NCBI GenBank assembly: GCA_965235115.1
Contig: OZ249440.1
Span: 7,006,001 to 7,070,000 of the forward strand
Direction of reading: 5' to 3'
DNA: 64,000 nt
Source: Laetmonice hystrix
Lineage: Eukaryota
In this document: piece by piece, positions 33,169 through 47,765 of the stretch
Position numbering within the stretch: the first letter of the stretch is position 1
Layout of the letters: every line of letters begins with the position of its first letter
Program-made: the position numbers and the translations under genes
The notes under the pieces: generated by a model
Seen by the model: the letters and a program-made list of their open reading frames with translations, nothing else
What the model was told of the DNA's origin: nothing
Database searches by the model: none

Positions 33169-36100
33169 CATGCCAGCGTGAATACACTGTTGGAGAGAGT
33201 CCTCTTTGAGCCGTGCCACTCCTATGTACTGTATACAGTACATATGGAGTGGCACGGGTATATACTTATAAGTGCTTGGTGAGATCTATACACATTAGAA
33301 GCACTTACCGAAGGCTTTAATCCATGCAGGAGTACTTGCGAATGAAACAATGTAATGTGAGAAGAACAGGAAATAATATTGAGATAGATATTGATTTATC
33401 TATAATATAAGTAAGGTGAACTAAAGGATACGGTCATAGAACGTTAATGTGACAATAATAATGTATCTACCTTTTGCGAATTAGCACCAGGCCCTCCAAA
33501 AAACTACTTTTAATGACAGCTATTAGCGGAGATCGAATACCTGTTCGTTCTAATTAATCACAAATGAATAAGGCGTGTCCATAATGGAATAAAACCAATT
33601 AGGATTGAAGAGAAATCCGTGTATTTCTATGTGAAAAGCTCATATTATAATGACATTATAGTCCTACCGGACGGTTGGCTTAATGATTCCGCAGTCGGAT
33701 TTTTTATCGTTGACAACATCAGAATGACTCACATCCAGTTCATTAAATATGGATATTAACGTCCGACTAAGTGGCAATATTAAATCTTAAATTGGTGTTT
33801 TCCGACACTACCTTCATAACGTAAATTCAAATTAATTGTACCTGACGGTCAATACCGCCGAGGACGTTCCGTTGGTGACATGTAGAGAAGTCTACAGGCA
33901 AAAAGGAAAGCGCTGGCAGAAATAGATGAATAGAAGAGCAGAAAATTTGGAGTAATTATCACGAATGGCTGCAGTGATTGACTACAGGCCTGCCCTTTTA
34001 TTGCCATTTGCAGGTAGAACGCGAGCGCTTTCTACGGCACGGTTCGACTCAGCTCGCTTCGTGCCGCTTGCACGTCACGTGAAGTTGTCGAGACTCCGCG
34101 AGAGGCGGGCACCGTGATGACAGACAGGTGGCGCTAGTTGTCGCCCGGCCTCTAGTTTCAACAGTCAGCGCAAATTAATAACTTTTCTGAGATACGTCGT
34201 TGTGGTGGCAGGATGGGGTAATTAGTTCGTTAGCTGGCAGCGCTAAATGAGGGCGATCGGAACCCGCGCTTGAACGGAGTGCGCAGTAATTGTGGCTCAG
34301 TCCGCCTCAAGTGGTCGACACCGGCTATTACTGGGAGGCAGAATCACGTCATAGATTTAGAGATGCTTCGAATATGGCGTCCTAGACATTTGATTAAAAA
34401 AATACCAGGAAAATGATTCTTATAGAAGCTAGAATTGGTCTGTGGACATGGCTTATACCCACCCACACATATAACCTTCATACCCAACCAACGGCCTGTT
34501 TTGGAATTTTTAAACACAAACTGGCAATTAGGCCTACATAACTTTGATGTTTTCTCTACTTGATAGCACTTTATAGACCCCATACTGACTGTCCCTAATA
34601 TCCTCACTGATGCGTGGAGCCTCTCTGGAATTGTATGTAATTCTAAGGTGACAAAGGCACAGCTATAACTGATGTAGGAATGCGGTATTTAGATTTGCCG
34701 ATGGTTAGGTTCTCTCGTTCGTATAATCTCTCCGGAGGACGATACACGTGACTGCATAAAGACGTGCAACATCTATAAGGCTGTCTAAAACCTAAACCTT
34801 ACTACGATACGGACCACTCGGTTAGATCAACGAGTATTGGTTAGACCAATATTAGTGACAAATTTGTCCGGTAGGTGGACTGCCGTCAGGGGGCGCCACA
34901 CAGTGTAAACAATCTGAATAATGTTGGCTAAACATTTTAGAGGAAAGTATGATAAACATTAACATTTCGAAGATGTGTAGGCCTATGGTTAATGTTGTAA
35001 GCATACTTGTACAATGGTAAGGCTGGTCTGTGAGTATAAAATATAATATGAACGAATTAATAAATTAATGCATCTACATAATGACATGACTTGACATACA
35101 TACACACGGACACAGGCCGCTCGACACTAGACCCCAGCCCTCCCGACTGTCCCTCATCAATGACATGTACGTCTATAGGGATGAAATAATACAGACGCTC
35201 AAGGGTGATTTCCCATCCCCCCGGCCGTCCATCACCCATTCATCACGCATCATGCACGCACCCTGCGTGTACCGCACGTCGTGCATCACGCCCAGCCACA
35301 GATCTATGGTAATGTCGATTACTAATTACTGACTCGTCACAAAAAACCGTTTCTGAAGCGGCGACATGGCCACTGGCCTTTTTTATATTTATTTTTATCT
35401 TAAATGTTGAGTTTCTCTTTTCTTCAGGAGATAGTCAGCAGCATACGACCTGACGGAAATCATTCGCATATTGTTTCGTTGTTTTAACCGCAGCCAAAGT
35501 ATTTTAAATGTTTCATTTTAAATCAGTATTGACCTTTAGTCAAAGCATTCCTGATCACTGGTTGTCGATTCTAATCTGACGAAGCAGATTGAGTATGAGT
35601 TCAGCGTGGCTTTCTCTGACAAAAGACATGCTATGGACGGCGTGAGCAGTTGTCTGTGGCCACTCAGGCCGATAATGGATGGAGTCGGACGGAGGAGTTC
35701 CGGGACCGAGAACTTAGGCCGGATCGCTTTACGCTGGAGCCGGGTGGAGGCGGGGGTTGAGGGCCGCCTGGCCGCCCGCCCGGCACACAGACAGACGTGA
35801 CCGGGCCTCCTGCGCTGTTACCCCGGCTAGTGGTGTGAGGGGCGGGAGGCCGTCGTATCATGCCCCGTGCCTGGCCAGCCGGCGACTAATAGCCACGATG
35901 CCGCTGTGTCGGGTCGGCCGCGGGGCTTGCGCCAGTGACATAAAGCACGCGGTTCGCCAGCCTGATAGAACAAAAGAGCAACTCAATGAGGGGAAGGCGA
36001 GTTTTCAGGCCACTTGTCGCCAGAACTCATCACGCCTGACCTATATTGTGGGATTCGCTCTCTTAACAATCTAATCGTGCTAAAAGTGAAATTGGCAACT

Positions 36101-36796
36101 TTGCAAGAATTATCTTTTTACCTACTGCTGACTTACTATAGACAAGCGACCGGAGATCTATTTCCTTAAATATTAGAGAAATGCAAACATAATATGTATT
36201 TTAATGAAAAAATATATTTTCCCCCTCAATAAATTGTAAACCGAATTCAGCCTGGGCGTGCCATGGTGACGGCAGAGGCTGGAGGTGTTTACTCTTGCAC
36301 GCCCTCTAGCGACAATAGCATGTAATTGAAGCGAACTTAATGTACACAAGCGCGCCATTGCTCTATGTTTCTCCCCAAGCCGTTTAGGAGACCTAGCGTG
36401 TTTCTATTGGGTGCATGACCCCTGACAACTCTCCAACCTGAAGACCTATTAGACTGGCTGTGATTGTTTGGTAACATGATTCAGTTTCACCTTCAGCAGT
36501 GTGTCGGACGTGTTGGGGAATGTATCCGCTCGACCCGGTTAATAAAGTTACGATCGTATATACGGGGTACCGTACCCATTCCGGCTGACGGACACGGCCC
36601 GACTTGGTATTCAGCCCATAAATTTATTTTATAACCTGTATCACGGATTACGTTTAACATAAGGGCCTACTCGTGGATTAAAATGTCTCTTAGTATATCT
36701 TGAAAAAATAATTAACTGTAAAGGGCCCCATTAAATTAAATTCTATATAGTTATTATTTTTCCAATGTTGCAGCTCGTTGCGATCTATTGCTGCAC

Positions 36797-37407
36797 AATG
36801 TGCAGCCAAGAGCGCGCCAGTTGATGTGTGCGCGTGTGGCAGACGACAATGTGCAGCCAAGAGCGCGCGAGTTGATGTGTGTGCGTGTGGCAGACGACAA
36901 TGTGCAGCCAAGAGCGCGCGAGTTGATGTGTGTGCGTGTGGCAGACGACAATGTCTGCCAAGAGCGCGCGAGTTGATGTCTGTGCGTGTGGAAGACGACA
37001 ATGTCTGCCAAAAGCGCGCGAGTTGATGTCTGTGCGTGTGGCAGACGACAATGTGCAGCCAAGAGCGCGCGAGTTGATGTGTGTGCGTGTGGCAGACGAC
37101 AATGTGCAGCCAAGAGCGCGCGAGTTGATGTCTGTGCGTGTGGCAGACGACAATGTGCAGCCAAGAGCGCGCGAGTTGATGTGTGTGCGTGTGGCAGACG
37201 ACAATGTCTGCCAAGAGCGCGCGAGTTGATGTGTGCGCGTGTGGCAGACGACAATGTGCAGCCAAAAGCGCGCGAGTTGATGTGTGTGCGTGTGGCAGAC
37301 GACAATGTCTGCCAAGAGCGCGCGAGTTGATGTCTGTGCGTGTGGCAGACGACAATGTGCAGCCAAGAGCGCGCGAGTTGATGTCTGTGCGTGTGGCAGA
37401 CGACAAT
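36797..37407 (+). repeat. Minisatellite, 50/51-bp unit, ~12 copies
   Basis: Unit aatgtgcagccaagagcgcgcgagttgatgtgtgtgcgtgtggcagacgac, with a 50-bp aatgtctgcc variant. Confidence 0.95.
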
Positions 37408-39905
37408 TAGCGGTTATCGTGATTGATCAACATTTATAGGACCAAGTTGGCGCGCCAAACGCCGCCGGCAGATACTTCCTCAGTCATTCCCGCAGTTCGG
37501 CCGATAAGGTGGCAGAAGAAACGCGCGCAAGCTTCCAAATGAACCCAATTATGGCAAAGACTCCCACCGGACCGACGTATCTGCTAAAACAGCCCTTCCG
37601 AGACGAACACTCGGCCGTAAAACATAGGTCGGCACTAATATGTTATTGCATTAGGTCTATCTCGGCACAAATTGGTGGCAGTCACGACGCGATCTGCTGG
37701 GTCGGTCTTTTTTTTATCCGCACCATCTGTGAGAAGGCAGGTCAAGCCTGGTGAACGTTTGCGCCCATTCTTCTCCTACCTCAAGTCCTGCCCTTGTCCC
37801 TCGACCCTCAGCAATTGCGCGCCTGCTTCGACATGGGCCGCTCGAGGTAAACGCTAAAGAATGTGACAGAAAATCAACAACGAAATCTACACCGGGTCGA
37901 CTGGCTGCCACCCGCGCTTACAGTGCCCATTAAGATAGCCATCGTTCGGCCACGTTTATGGATCGACCGCGAATATCGCAGGCAACATCTCACGCCTCGA
38001 CAGTGGAGGCAGTGGCTGGCGAACAGCATGAATAACCCGCCAGTGGTTAATCACGGACGGCGAAATTCATCAGGGAAAGATCGATCATGACTCGAGTGTA
38101 CATTTCTCACAGACCATCAGCTGACATATCACTAAGTAGGCGTGTAGCGGGCCTGTACTCGGCCGGTCGACGGTTAACACCGATGAACCCTGGTTAAGTA
38201 GAGTGTCGCTCGCGGTCTGCTTAATGTTGGATCTATTGATCCGATGCTGCGGCATTGGAAATTGTTTAGGATCTTTTAAGGCTGAAGGCGGCACACGTGG
38301 GAGTACTTAAATAGATAGTGAGCGGCCGCCACGCGAGCAGTAGGCAATAAACATGATGGGTAAATTGTCTTCAAGTCGGGCTTTTAACATGATAGACGGA
38401 ACGCGTTAATGGAAAGAGATGGAGACTACTTGTGTACGTTTGTAGACCCATCTTGTTTTCTTATATGTGCACTCAGAAACATATTCGCGAGTACGCTACC
38501 TCCTTAAGTGTACGTCATCAAAGTGTTATTGGTACACTGAGTGATGGACAGGGAGCTGACTGCTGGTGGTGGTCTGGTGGTGGGGGGTGGTGGTGGTGGT
38601 GGTGGTCTGGTGGTGGGGGGTGGTATGGGAGATGTTGTGCGAATGTACGGTTTTAATGATGTGTAATTGTGTATGTATCTTTATCTATGGCATATGTTTT
38701 ATGTGTATGAGTGGGCGGATGAATCATCTGTGTTTGTGTGCATACATATTTATGTGTACATTTATCGATATATCCAAATCTATACGTGTCGGTGTCGCAT
38801 GATGTTGTGATCAGTTCTTGCCTATATAAGCTGGTCTCAATATTAGTGTCCTAGAGTACCTGTAGTGATCGCCCTCAGTAGATGTCCCAATCTCCAGCCG
38901 CCATTCACTTGATGAAGTTAAGGAAACCCTTTAAGCGTACTGAATTGGTGATCATTATTTTAGCACCGCAGGGACTGCAGCCTTTTCAAATAGCCACAGG
39001 CAGAGATCGCTGATATCCGGTACAGACCGAAACACAGAGAAAGAATACGACGGGAATAACGATTTAAGTGTTGTTATCCTGTGTGTCGGTGGAGGGTGTT
39101 GGGGGTTGGAGTAGAGAAGTAGGTTTCACTTTCTAAGTCTCCATCAGTTCGTACTGTATGACCCTATCGAGCCCCCAGTACGGAGGGGTGTTCTATATGT
39201 AGCGGTTTGGTTGCGAACTGCGAGCCCCATGTGTTACAAAGCTGTCGTAACAAACCCCTGCCGGCCAGCACTTGCCCGCATCATTCGATACTTGTTATTT
39301 TCTCACATCAGTGTTTTGCTAAGCGCCGGTCACATTGTTGGCTAAAGCACCGAAACATGTCGGAATGCGACTTCTAGTTAATGTTGTAAGGAACGGAGAC
39401 TGCGGCCAACGACCGGAGGCATAATGTCGATAAGTTCCGGTTCCTCTCAACCTGCGCCCGTCCCCGCACAATTACATGTCGGTGGAGTTCAATAGCTTAA
39501 TGAGCGGTCCGATTGGACGCAGGCCAGACAAGACGGTCAAACACTGGTTGTATCACCTCTTAACCTTCCTCATCCAGTTAAATGACCTTGTACTTTGTCT
39601 CGACTTCTGTGGTATAGTCAACTTCCATCTATAAGCCTGCCCATACAAAGACCCGATAATGGCCAACAGTTCGAGGCGTTTCACTAATCCACAACTTGAA
39701 GAGAGAGGGAGTGGCAAATGTAGAATGTGAGGGCGACAGTGCATTTCGTCGCTGTCTGTTTACAAAACCTATGTATATTAAACCTAAGTAGTATGCTAGT
39801 GACAGAATGTGCATAGATTTAGACGAGGTAAGCATGAACCGGGCCGAACTCGCTTCCCGTAACGCTCAACCAGGTAGACGTAATTCCTTAAATTTTGCTG
39901 CTCTG

Positions 39906-40021
39906 GGGCCTCATTCACAAAGGACACGCAAGACTTGCAGACTCGCAAACTATTGTTGTCCAGTTGTTTAATAATAGTTTGCGAGCCCGCAAGTCTTGCG
40001 GGTCCTTTGTGAATGAGGCCC
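39906..40021. mobile_element. Harbinger-type MITE, ~50-bp TIRs, CTG TSD
   Basis: GGGCCTCATTCACAAAGGAC...GTCCTTTGTGAATGAGGCCC; CTG at 39903-39905 and 40022-40024. Confidence 0.85.
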
Positions 40022-41341
40022 CTGGTCAGCACGCCTGTCGTAACCTGTTTATGGTATGCTTTGCCCAGTCATGCACACATTGAAGGCAGATCATGCTTAG
40101 TTTAATGTCCTTACCCAACTGGGATACCTGTATTACTAATAGAAAATCGTTGGAGGGTACTTTGAGGATCTGGTACCGGAATGATTATTCTAAACATGTG
40201 GGGAAGTTTAATCGTTAATGGCAGCACTGGCACAGCAGCCAACCGGTCCAAGAACTCTCGGCTGAGCGGGGAAGGAGGACACCTTATTGCATTACATAGC
40301 AGTACGGCGTCTCATTTCGCCAAATCCGCGAATTTTACGCGAGACTGATGCGATCGAAGTATCCTTACGCAGGGCCGCATCACGACCTTTACGAGACTAG
40401 CAATGAAACCAAGCGGCCAACACGTGCCGCTGCTTTCAGGTCGCCGATTGCATTTGACAAAATGGGGCCGACAAGGGCCCTGACTGTGGAAGGAGGGGGT
40501 CACACCCACGCTCAACGTCATTAGAGAAGCAGTCCCAGAGGCCATGTAGCTACCTTATGAGCCGTTCAAGCCAAGGGGCCAAATCTGGCCAACAATTGAG
40601 GCGGCGGCCGGGAGCGATCTCGGCGGGCCATTAGGCTGACTGTGAGCTACTCGGACGTGTACGGTGTCCTTGTGGGTCGCTGGCCCCTCGGGGGTACACA
40701 TATTGGGTAGACCCTGGCCGCAACATCCACGGCTCCAAGCCCAATACTACCGACCGCAACTACAAATTCACCCACCCTCCTTCAACCTTTTTGTTCTACA
40801 GAGTATCAAATCAGCCAAATAAGGTCGTAAATGTACACAGGATCTATCCTCATATAGTCGTACTAGATGAGACAGGGCGTGAAGAGAAAACACCAGTCGG
40901 ATAGGTCAAGAGGGAGTCGACTGGACGGGTGCCCCAATTATCGCTCAATGTCTGCGACAAAGGGTCATGTAGTGTTCAGCTGGTCGTTCATATTAACAGA
41001 ATTATTGCTTCTCCCACGGAGGGATGAGACAATACAGGGCAGGCTGACTCATGAGGGAGTGCATCATCGTTACGGCATCATTCAATATGCAGTTTCATCC
41101 ATACTAAACAACACTGTCGAAGCAGGGCCCATGCATAGCTGGTCCTCATGTAGGCCATGCAGGAGTTTATGACTTTATAAGTCTATAAACATTCATTAGT
41201 AGGTGTTTTTTTCAACGTGAAATGGTACATGATGTGATAGTAATATTTAAAAGATGAATATGCCCATTTTGAAATTAATTGGGTGCTCCACCCTGAAGTG
41301 AAAGAGTTTGATTTTAGAGTGCCTTCCGCGATACAGGCCTA

Positions 41342-41686
41342 TACTTAACAAAAGGGCAGACATGCGCGGGGAGGACCTAGAAAACTGTGTACATGTAGTC
41401 TCCTTACCTACATACTACTTAACAAAAGGGCAGGCATGCGGGGAGGTCCTACAAAACTGTGTAGGCCTACCTGCATACCTGCATACATTGTATTACTTAA
41501 CAAAAGAGCAGGCATGCGCGGGGAGGATCTACAAAACTGTGTACATGTAGTCTTCTTACCTACATACTATTTAACAAAAGGGCAGGCATGCGTGGGGAGG
41601 TCCTACAAAATTGTGTACATGTAGTCTCCTTACCTACATGCTACTTAACAAAAGGGCAGGTATGCGTAGGGAGGACCTACAAAACT
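41342..41686 (+). repeat. Degenerate tandem repeat, ~74-bp unit, ~4.6 copies
   Basis: Units start ta(c/t)ttaacaaaag at 41342, 41416, 41494, 41568 and 41642. Confidence 0.9.
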
Positions 41687-43959
41687 TTTTAATCCCCTTG
41701 CCTGTCTTTTCGTATTTTGACCACAACTTTCTGAAAGAAGTTGTATGAGGATGGTGTTAAATGTTTAAAGTTAGCCAAGGAGACCTTGGATAGTTCCACA
41801 TGCACAGGCTGCAGATGCTGGTGTAAACTGTTAAAGTTTCTTTGATCTTTATGAATGAAGTATGAGTGTATTAAGGAGCGCTCAGGTCTGATTGGTGCAT
41901 TGACTACCGCAGTAATGGGAGGCAAAGTGCTTATAACGGTGCTTTATGGACAATGTAGTCGCAAACAGCAGGTCGAGATGTGGTGGGCGATAATGTATCG
42001 ATCATACAAACGTTTCGGTAAACTAGCCAGGACGGCGTGGCCTAATGATATCTCGGTACGTATCAATAGCCGCGCATCTGGTCGCTAGGGCGCGCTCATT
42101 GACACTCCCTAATTAACGGATCGATAAGTACTGATCGATGGAGATGGAGTTGTGCCTATGCTGGCTATTTGGGAGTCTACAGAGATCGGACAGATATTGA
42201 CTGGAAAGCTCCTAACTAAGTTAAGGTCGCTTGCTGCTTGTCTCCTCTATGCTGCCTAGTCCCAGGATGACACATGCCGGTACGTGTTTGTCAGTAAAGA
42301 AGTTATTATCGGCTACACGGCGTCTCTCCCCTCAGCCGCTGGGAGGGTAAGATCTCCATGGAGCCCAATGTGGTTATGACGCTGTGTAAGGTCACCAGGG
42401 CGGCTATTCGCCCAGTGAATACATTAAACCCAATCAAAGCATCGCTGGTGCTCAGGCAGCCCTCTTGGCTCTTTCCTCGATTTCCACGCTATTAGATTTC
42501 CGGGAGAGAGCGCGAGCGAGGTAACCCAATACCGACGGAGGTGGCAAATCACTAAAAGCCCATATAGAAGTGACATTTTCCGCGTGGCGGCTGGACGGCG
42601 GTCGAGCGGGCGCGGCCCCGGGTGGCCGACCGGCGATGAGTCGCTTTCAGGGCCACTCGCATCAATTTCACCCCGTCGGCCGCGATCGATTTGCAAGGCT
42701 ATTGTAATAATGTTGCCTAGTGCATCCCTAATAGTAATAGCCCGGCTTGGTCTTTATTGCTTGTTCGCGACCGCCACAAATGGCTGTGGCTGGGCGGTAG
42801 GTGGTTGCCGGCTGGGGATCAGGGTCAAGGCGAGCCGGGGGAGGGGGCGGCAGACCGGTCAGAGGGGGTCTCTTACCACTGTCAGAGAGATCTTTATAGC
42901 TCTGTCGGCTTCGTTAGGGCGACCTACACCAGTCCACTCCACCTATTAGATCGTGGCCGACCCATCTGAGGATCGAGAAAAGACCCGCCCAGTCGTCATT
43001 TTGCCGCCGACCTCTGCGCCACAGATCAATTGGTCGGGCAGAAATAGTAGCTACGTGAACAGAAACCACGAGCGGCAGAAATGAAAGGCGAATGAAAGCG
43101 GTGTCGAGCGGGAGCCATCGCGATTGAGCGACCACGCCACTGGCTTCCCCGCCAACGCAAATTAAACAGACCCGCTAAGAGAGCAGTTGGACGGTCGGCT
43201 ATAGTCCAGGCACAAAGCCGAATTCTGGGCACGTTGCGTGGAACCGGCCACTTGGAAATCAAGTATTTGGCTACAAGCGCCATGACGAATCACGTGAAAG
43301 CACCCCTGCTAGTCTGTCCGGGTCAATTGTAGAATGTGTCCCAACCCTGGCGTTGTTCTGTCTCCACTGGCGTCCCTTTGCCGCATTAATAGCTTACATA
43401 CGGACAAGTGACACCTCACACCCGCCCCGGGTATAGGCAGAGGGCAGGACGCCGGCTAGAGTGTCTACCCATAAACACTGACTATGCTTTACGGCTGATA
43501 AACTGAAATAGGTGGATGCACAATGGTGCACATTCTTTAAAACTATAGAGTCGGTCTCTTATATTGTGTTGGTGTTTGTAAAAAGTCCAATTCTAACACG
43601 GGACTCTAATAAAGGAACAATATAGGCCTTGGTACTTTGTGCTTTTTTGACTCGGTGTACAGCACAATCCGAACATTCTGATAAGGGATCCTACAATTCT
43701 ATCATTCCTATTTAAAATAATTCTTCTCCATATATTCCGCAATCCGAGCGCAATGAGATGGACTCTAGGGTGTTCCGATTAATGAGGTCTGACTGCGTAC
43801 ATAGTGTTGTCAGAACCACCAGGAAGAGATCAATCAAAATGTAGTCTAACACTGTCTGATCATTTACCGCTTTATCGTATACCCATAATATCAAAACTCC
43901 CCCCAAAATAAATAAATAGATAAATAAATAAAAGGAATGTGTATCCCTACGGAATTTTA

Positions 43960-44577
43960 TTATTTCATAGCCATACAGATGCCCGCTACAAGCCCCGATT
44001 ATTTCATACTATAGCCATACAGATGCCCGCTACAAGCCCCGATTATTTCATAGTATAGCCATACAGATGCCCGCTACAAGCCCCGATTATTTCATAGTAT
44101 AGCCATACAGATGCCCGCTACAAGCCCCGATTATTTCATAGTATAGCCATACAGATGCCCGCTACAAGCCCCGATTATTTCATAGTATAGCCATACAGAT
44201 GCCCGCTACAAGCCCCGATTATTTCATAGTATAACCATACAGATGCCCGCTACAAGCCCCGATTATTTCATACTATATAGCCATACAGATGCCCGCTACA
44301 AGCCCCGATTATTTCATAGTATAACCATACAGATGCCCGCTACAAGCCCCGATTATTTCATAGTATAGCCATACAGATGCCCGCTACAAGCCCCGATTAT
44401 TTCATAGTATAGCCATACAGATGCCCGCTACAAGCCCCGATTATTTCATACTATATAGCCATACAGATGCCCGCTACAAGCCCCGATTATTTCATACTAT
44501 AGCCATACAGATGCCCGCTACAAGCCCCGATTATTTCATACTATATAGCCATACAGATGCCCGCTACAAGCCCTGAT
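43960..44577 (+). repeat. Minisatellite, 44/46-bp unit, ~14 copies
   Basis: Unit tagccatacagatgcccgctacaagccccgattatttcatagta. Confidence 0.95.
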
Positions 44578-45615
44578 TTCGATATGCTACTTACATTCAT
44601 GAGCAGCCGACCGTTCTGTGAGGGACGCAGCACCTTAATGAGCGTGTCGAGCGCCCTCTGGTGCCATCGGCGTGCCATGGATGACTTTGATGGTCACGTT
44701 ATGAACTGGGTCGAATCAACGGTGGCCTTTTTAACTTCTCCCTGTCTCACCATTGCCACCGGGACAGGGCATGCAGATAAACAACCTTCACTCACTTCGC
44801 CACTCCAATCAGTGTGTAAAGTACATGGTTTGGATCAAGTCTTTACGGGTTGGCCAGTTAGGCTTCAAACGGTAGACATCATTACTATCAGATTCCACAA
44901 AGAAATCAATATTATATATAGCAAATATAGGGTACGCTCTAGTGTAGGAGTAGTCAGTATCAATAACAGAGTCATGGTCACCTTAGTAATAGGTATTAAT
45001 AGCCCCTCATACTTAGGTTCACAGATGTACAAGGGCAATACATCGTTTGGTAACCTTGTAGAGATGTTGGATCAGTGTAGACACAGGGTTAGCACAACCA
45101 GCAGCACATTCGTAGCAACATTAAAGGGTCAACGGCCAGTATTATAACGGGCAGGAGCAATAGAAGGAGAGGTGGGACAAGAAAGAAAGGGCATGGGGCA
45201 AGGAGGTGTACACCAGTCCTGGCTGAGTTCTAATGGACAACGACCCATTACAGAAAGTAGGCCGAGTCATCAACTGCCAGCCTGACGATTACAATGATTC
45301 AGGTAAAGACAATGGGGGGGGGGGGGGGGCAACGTTTGCAGAAGCAACTGTTACACATTTAACATATTTGCTATCATTTATATACAGGCCTATATTCGTT
45401 TCGTTTCCTGAAAAGCTAGCTTACCCATATTTGAGTCAGTGCCAGTCAGTACAACTGATAGTGAAGGTATAGGTTTACAACACCACCTATGAATCCCATA
45501 CCCTTCGTTATAATAAGTGGAACTATATGTTGTCGTTGTTTGTTTAGGGATTGAATAGTGGCGATGATAGGTTAACTACGAGTCGGGGGTATGGTGTTGG
45601 GGCAAGCAGGCGGCC

Positions 45616-45629
45616 GCGCCCTCTGGCGG
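45616..45629 (-). promoter_or_regulatory. CTCF-like motif CCGCCAGAGGGCGC
   Basis: Close match to the core; motif evidence only. Confidence 0.55.
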
Positions 45630-46825
45630 CGGGAGTCCAGGTCAGGAACGCACCCTGGAGAATCATTGTACTCTTTAATGCCGCGTTCAAATCAGTTGTG
45701 TAAATCATTGGGCCTCGGCCCGATTACTGGCCCGTTTATTGACGCCATATATCTCTGTAGCAAATAGCCGACTGCGCCATAGTGCAGGCCGATTGCTGGC
45801 AATTGACTGGGGGCTATTGCCGGATGGGCCGGCAGTGGGACTGGTCGGGGGTTGGAGGCTGGTACAGGAGGGAGGGAAATCTGCACGGGAATGGTACTCG
45901 CTATGTCGGCGACCTTTTGGCGCGATACGATCTGGCCAGGCCCTGGGCTTTATCAAGCAACTTACCGTGTATGGAGATAGTCCTATCAGGTGGCACGGCT
46001 TTCACCCAATCGATGGCGTGTTGGCTCGGAAGGCCACGGATGCTTTGAGCGGAATACCAGACATGGCAGCGGCCCTGCGGCTGGCAGTGCCACCTAGCGG
46101 TCATTACGACGCATTGACGGACAATCAGCCGACACGTGTACGGGCGATAAATGGCGGCCAAAACGAGTGCGGCGTCCGAGTGAGCGCCGTGTGGCGGCCT
46201 GATGGTCTTTGTTTGTCTGTCTCCTGGATGTCCCCAGTAATGGTCCGACTTACTACCTCACTGTGTGTCGGACGGACGCACAGACTCTACATGACGTACA
46301 GTCCGCACAGACTCTACTGGACGTACATACGTCAAGCGTCGGGCACAATTCGGAATAGACACACTAACAATGAGAGACCAACGAGACATAGACATATACT
46401 ATAAAATATACCCGGATCAACAATATTGAGAGTCTCTGGATCCCCCTGAATCTGGGTACTGCGTGATGGCACGCAGTGTAGTTAGAAATGTAGGGCTTTA
46501 GCATTTCAGGATGATCTCAAGGATGCAGGCTGGAAACCAATGCAGATAAGCCGAGACATTACAAACCCACAAAAGACTGAAAAGATTATATTTGAGTGAA
46601 AAATTCTTATATTTCAGAGATATAGAGTGAGTGAGTTTGATTATATTTCACTTAATTTCTCATAATAATGTAGCTGTAAACATACAGGAGATATGTCTAT
46701 GATAAATGCATTAGTCCAATGTAAATGTGCTCACATATCGAGCAGCTTTCAGAACCTGATATTACGGAACTGTTATAATCCACGCAAGCCTTTACCTCAA
46801 CACCTTAAATATGTATGAAAAGGGG

Positions 46826-46826
46826 C

Positions 46827-46881
<55 letters not shown>
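46826..46881 (+). repeat. (CAGA)n microsatellite
   Basis: Direct inspection. Confidence 0.95.
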
Positions 46882-47765
46882 TACTCAGTTGAATATAGCT
46901 AAATTCCTTCATAGCTGCGTTCTAATTATGCACATGTCTCCTTCACCACTCTCGGCGTTTTATAAGCATCGAATTATAAACATGAATCTACTTGCGGCTT
47001 ATCTGATCTTTTAAACTTTTACTATTCAAGAAAAAAACTAGAAATTATCGTTTCAAAGAGTCCTCTTTATGACGTTTCAGGAAGTGATTTTACATCGTTA
47101 CCTTTAAAATACTGTTATAATTATGATTTCTTTAATAGGACCTAACTGTAGTAAGTTTTTCCTTCCCGCGCCTGTCCGCTGTCTGTCTTTCTCTGGTGAA
47201 AAGGTTTAAAGGATACCTTTTGGAAAAATGAACTTTACATGATTAATACAGGAAGAATGGCTGCCTTTTTAGAAATAAATGCAAATCAAAGTAGACAAGG
47301 CCATTAAAGTCTAGGTGGCGTCGGATGGATTCACATGGCTAATGGGGAATGGTCGGCGTACATTTTGAATGAATGGAGAGAATCTTCAAGAATGTCGTCT
47401 AAATTTGGATATTAAAACTTTAAGAGATGTGATGAAATATTACCACAGCTGTGCCGGCATGCTGGCAATAGTTTTCAGTGAGTCGTATTGACGTTTGTGC
47501 ATCTAAGACGTCCAGTTATTATTTGTTATTCAGAGAGTAAACATTAATTTTAGTGTGCAGGGCACCAGGTCTGTATTATTCCATCCATTTTATTCTGATA
47601 TCACGCTAGAGATGTATAACATATGTAGGTCTATGTCACAATATAGCCGTTTGAATGCTCTCTCTCTCTCATCTGTCCGAGACATAGTGTAAGTGCCGAC
47701 TTGTATATAGACGGGTGAGGTTAGATATTTCTGGCTCCAGTATTGCTCAGACTGACATCTCCCTG

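Noticed and set aside
35940-35960. TAAAGCACGCGGT resembling miR-124
   Set aside because: Seed mismatch, divergent 3' half and no precursor hairpin.
36690-37410. Multiple ORFs up to 238 aa, His/Cys-rich
   Set aside because: Products of the 50/51-bp tandem repeat, open in several frames on both strands.
44557-45147. 196-aa ORF
   Set aside because: The ATG comes from the last minisatellite unit; no recognisable motif or splice context.
45739-46404. 221-aa ORF
   Set aside because: TTG start in a GC-rich island with no recognisable domain; better explained as regulatory DNA, although a homology search was not possible.
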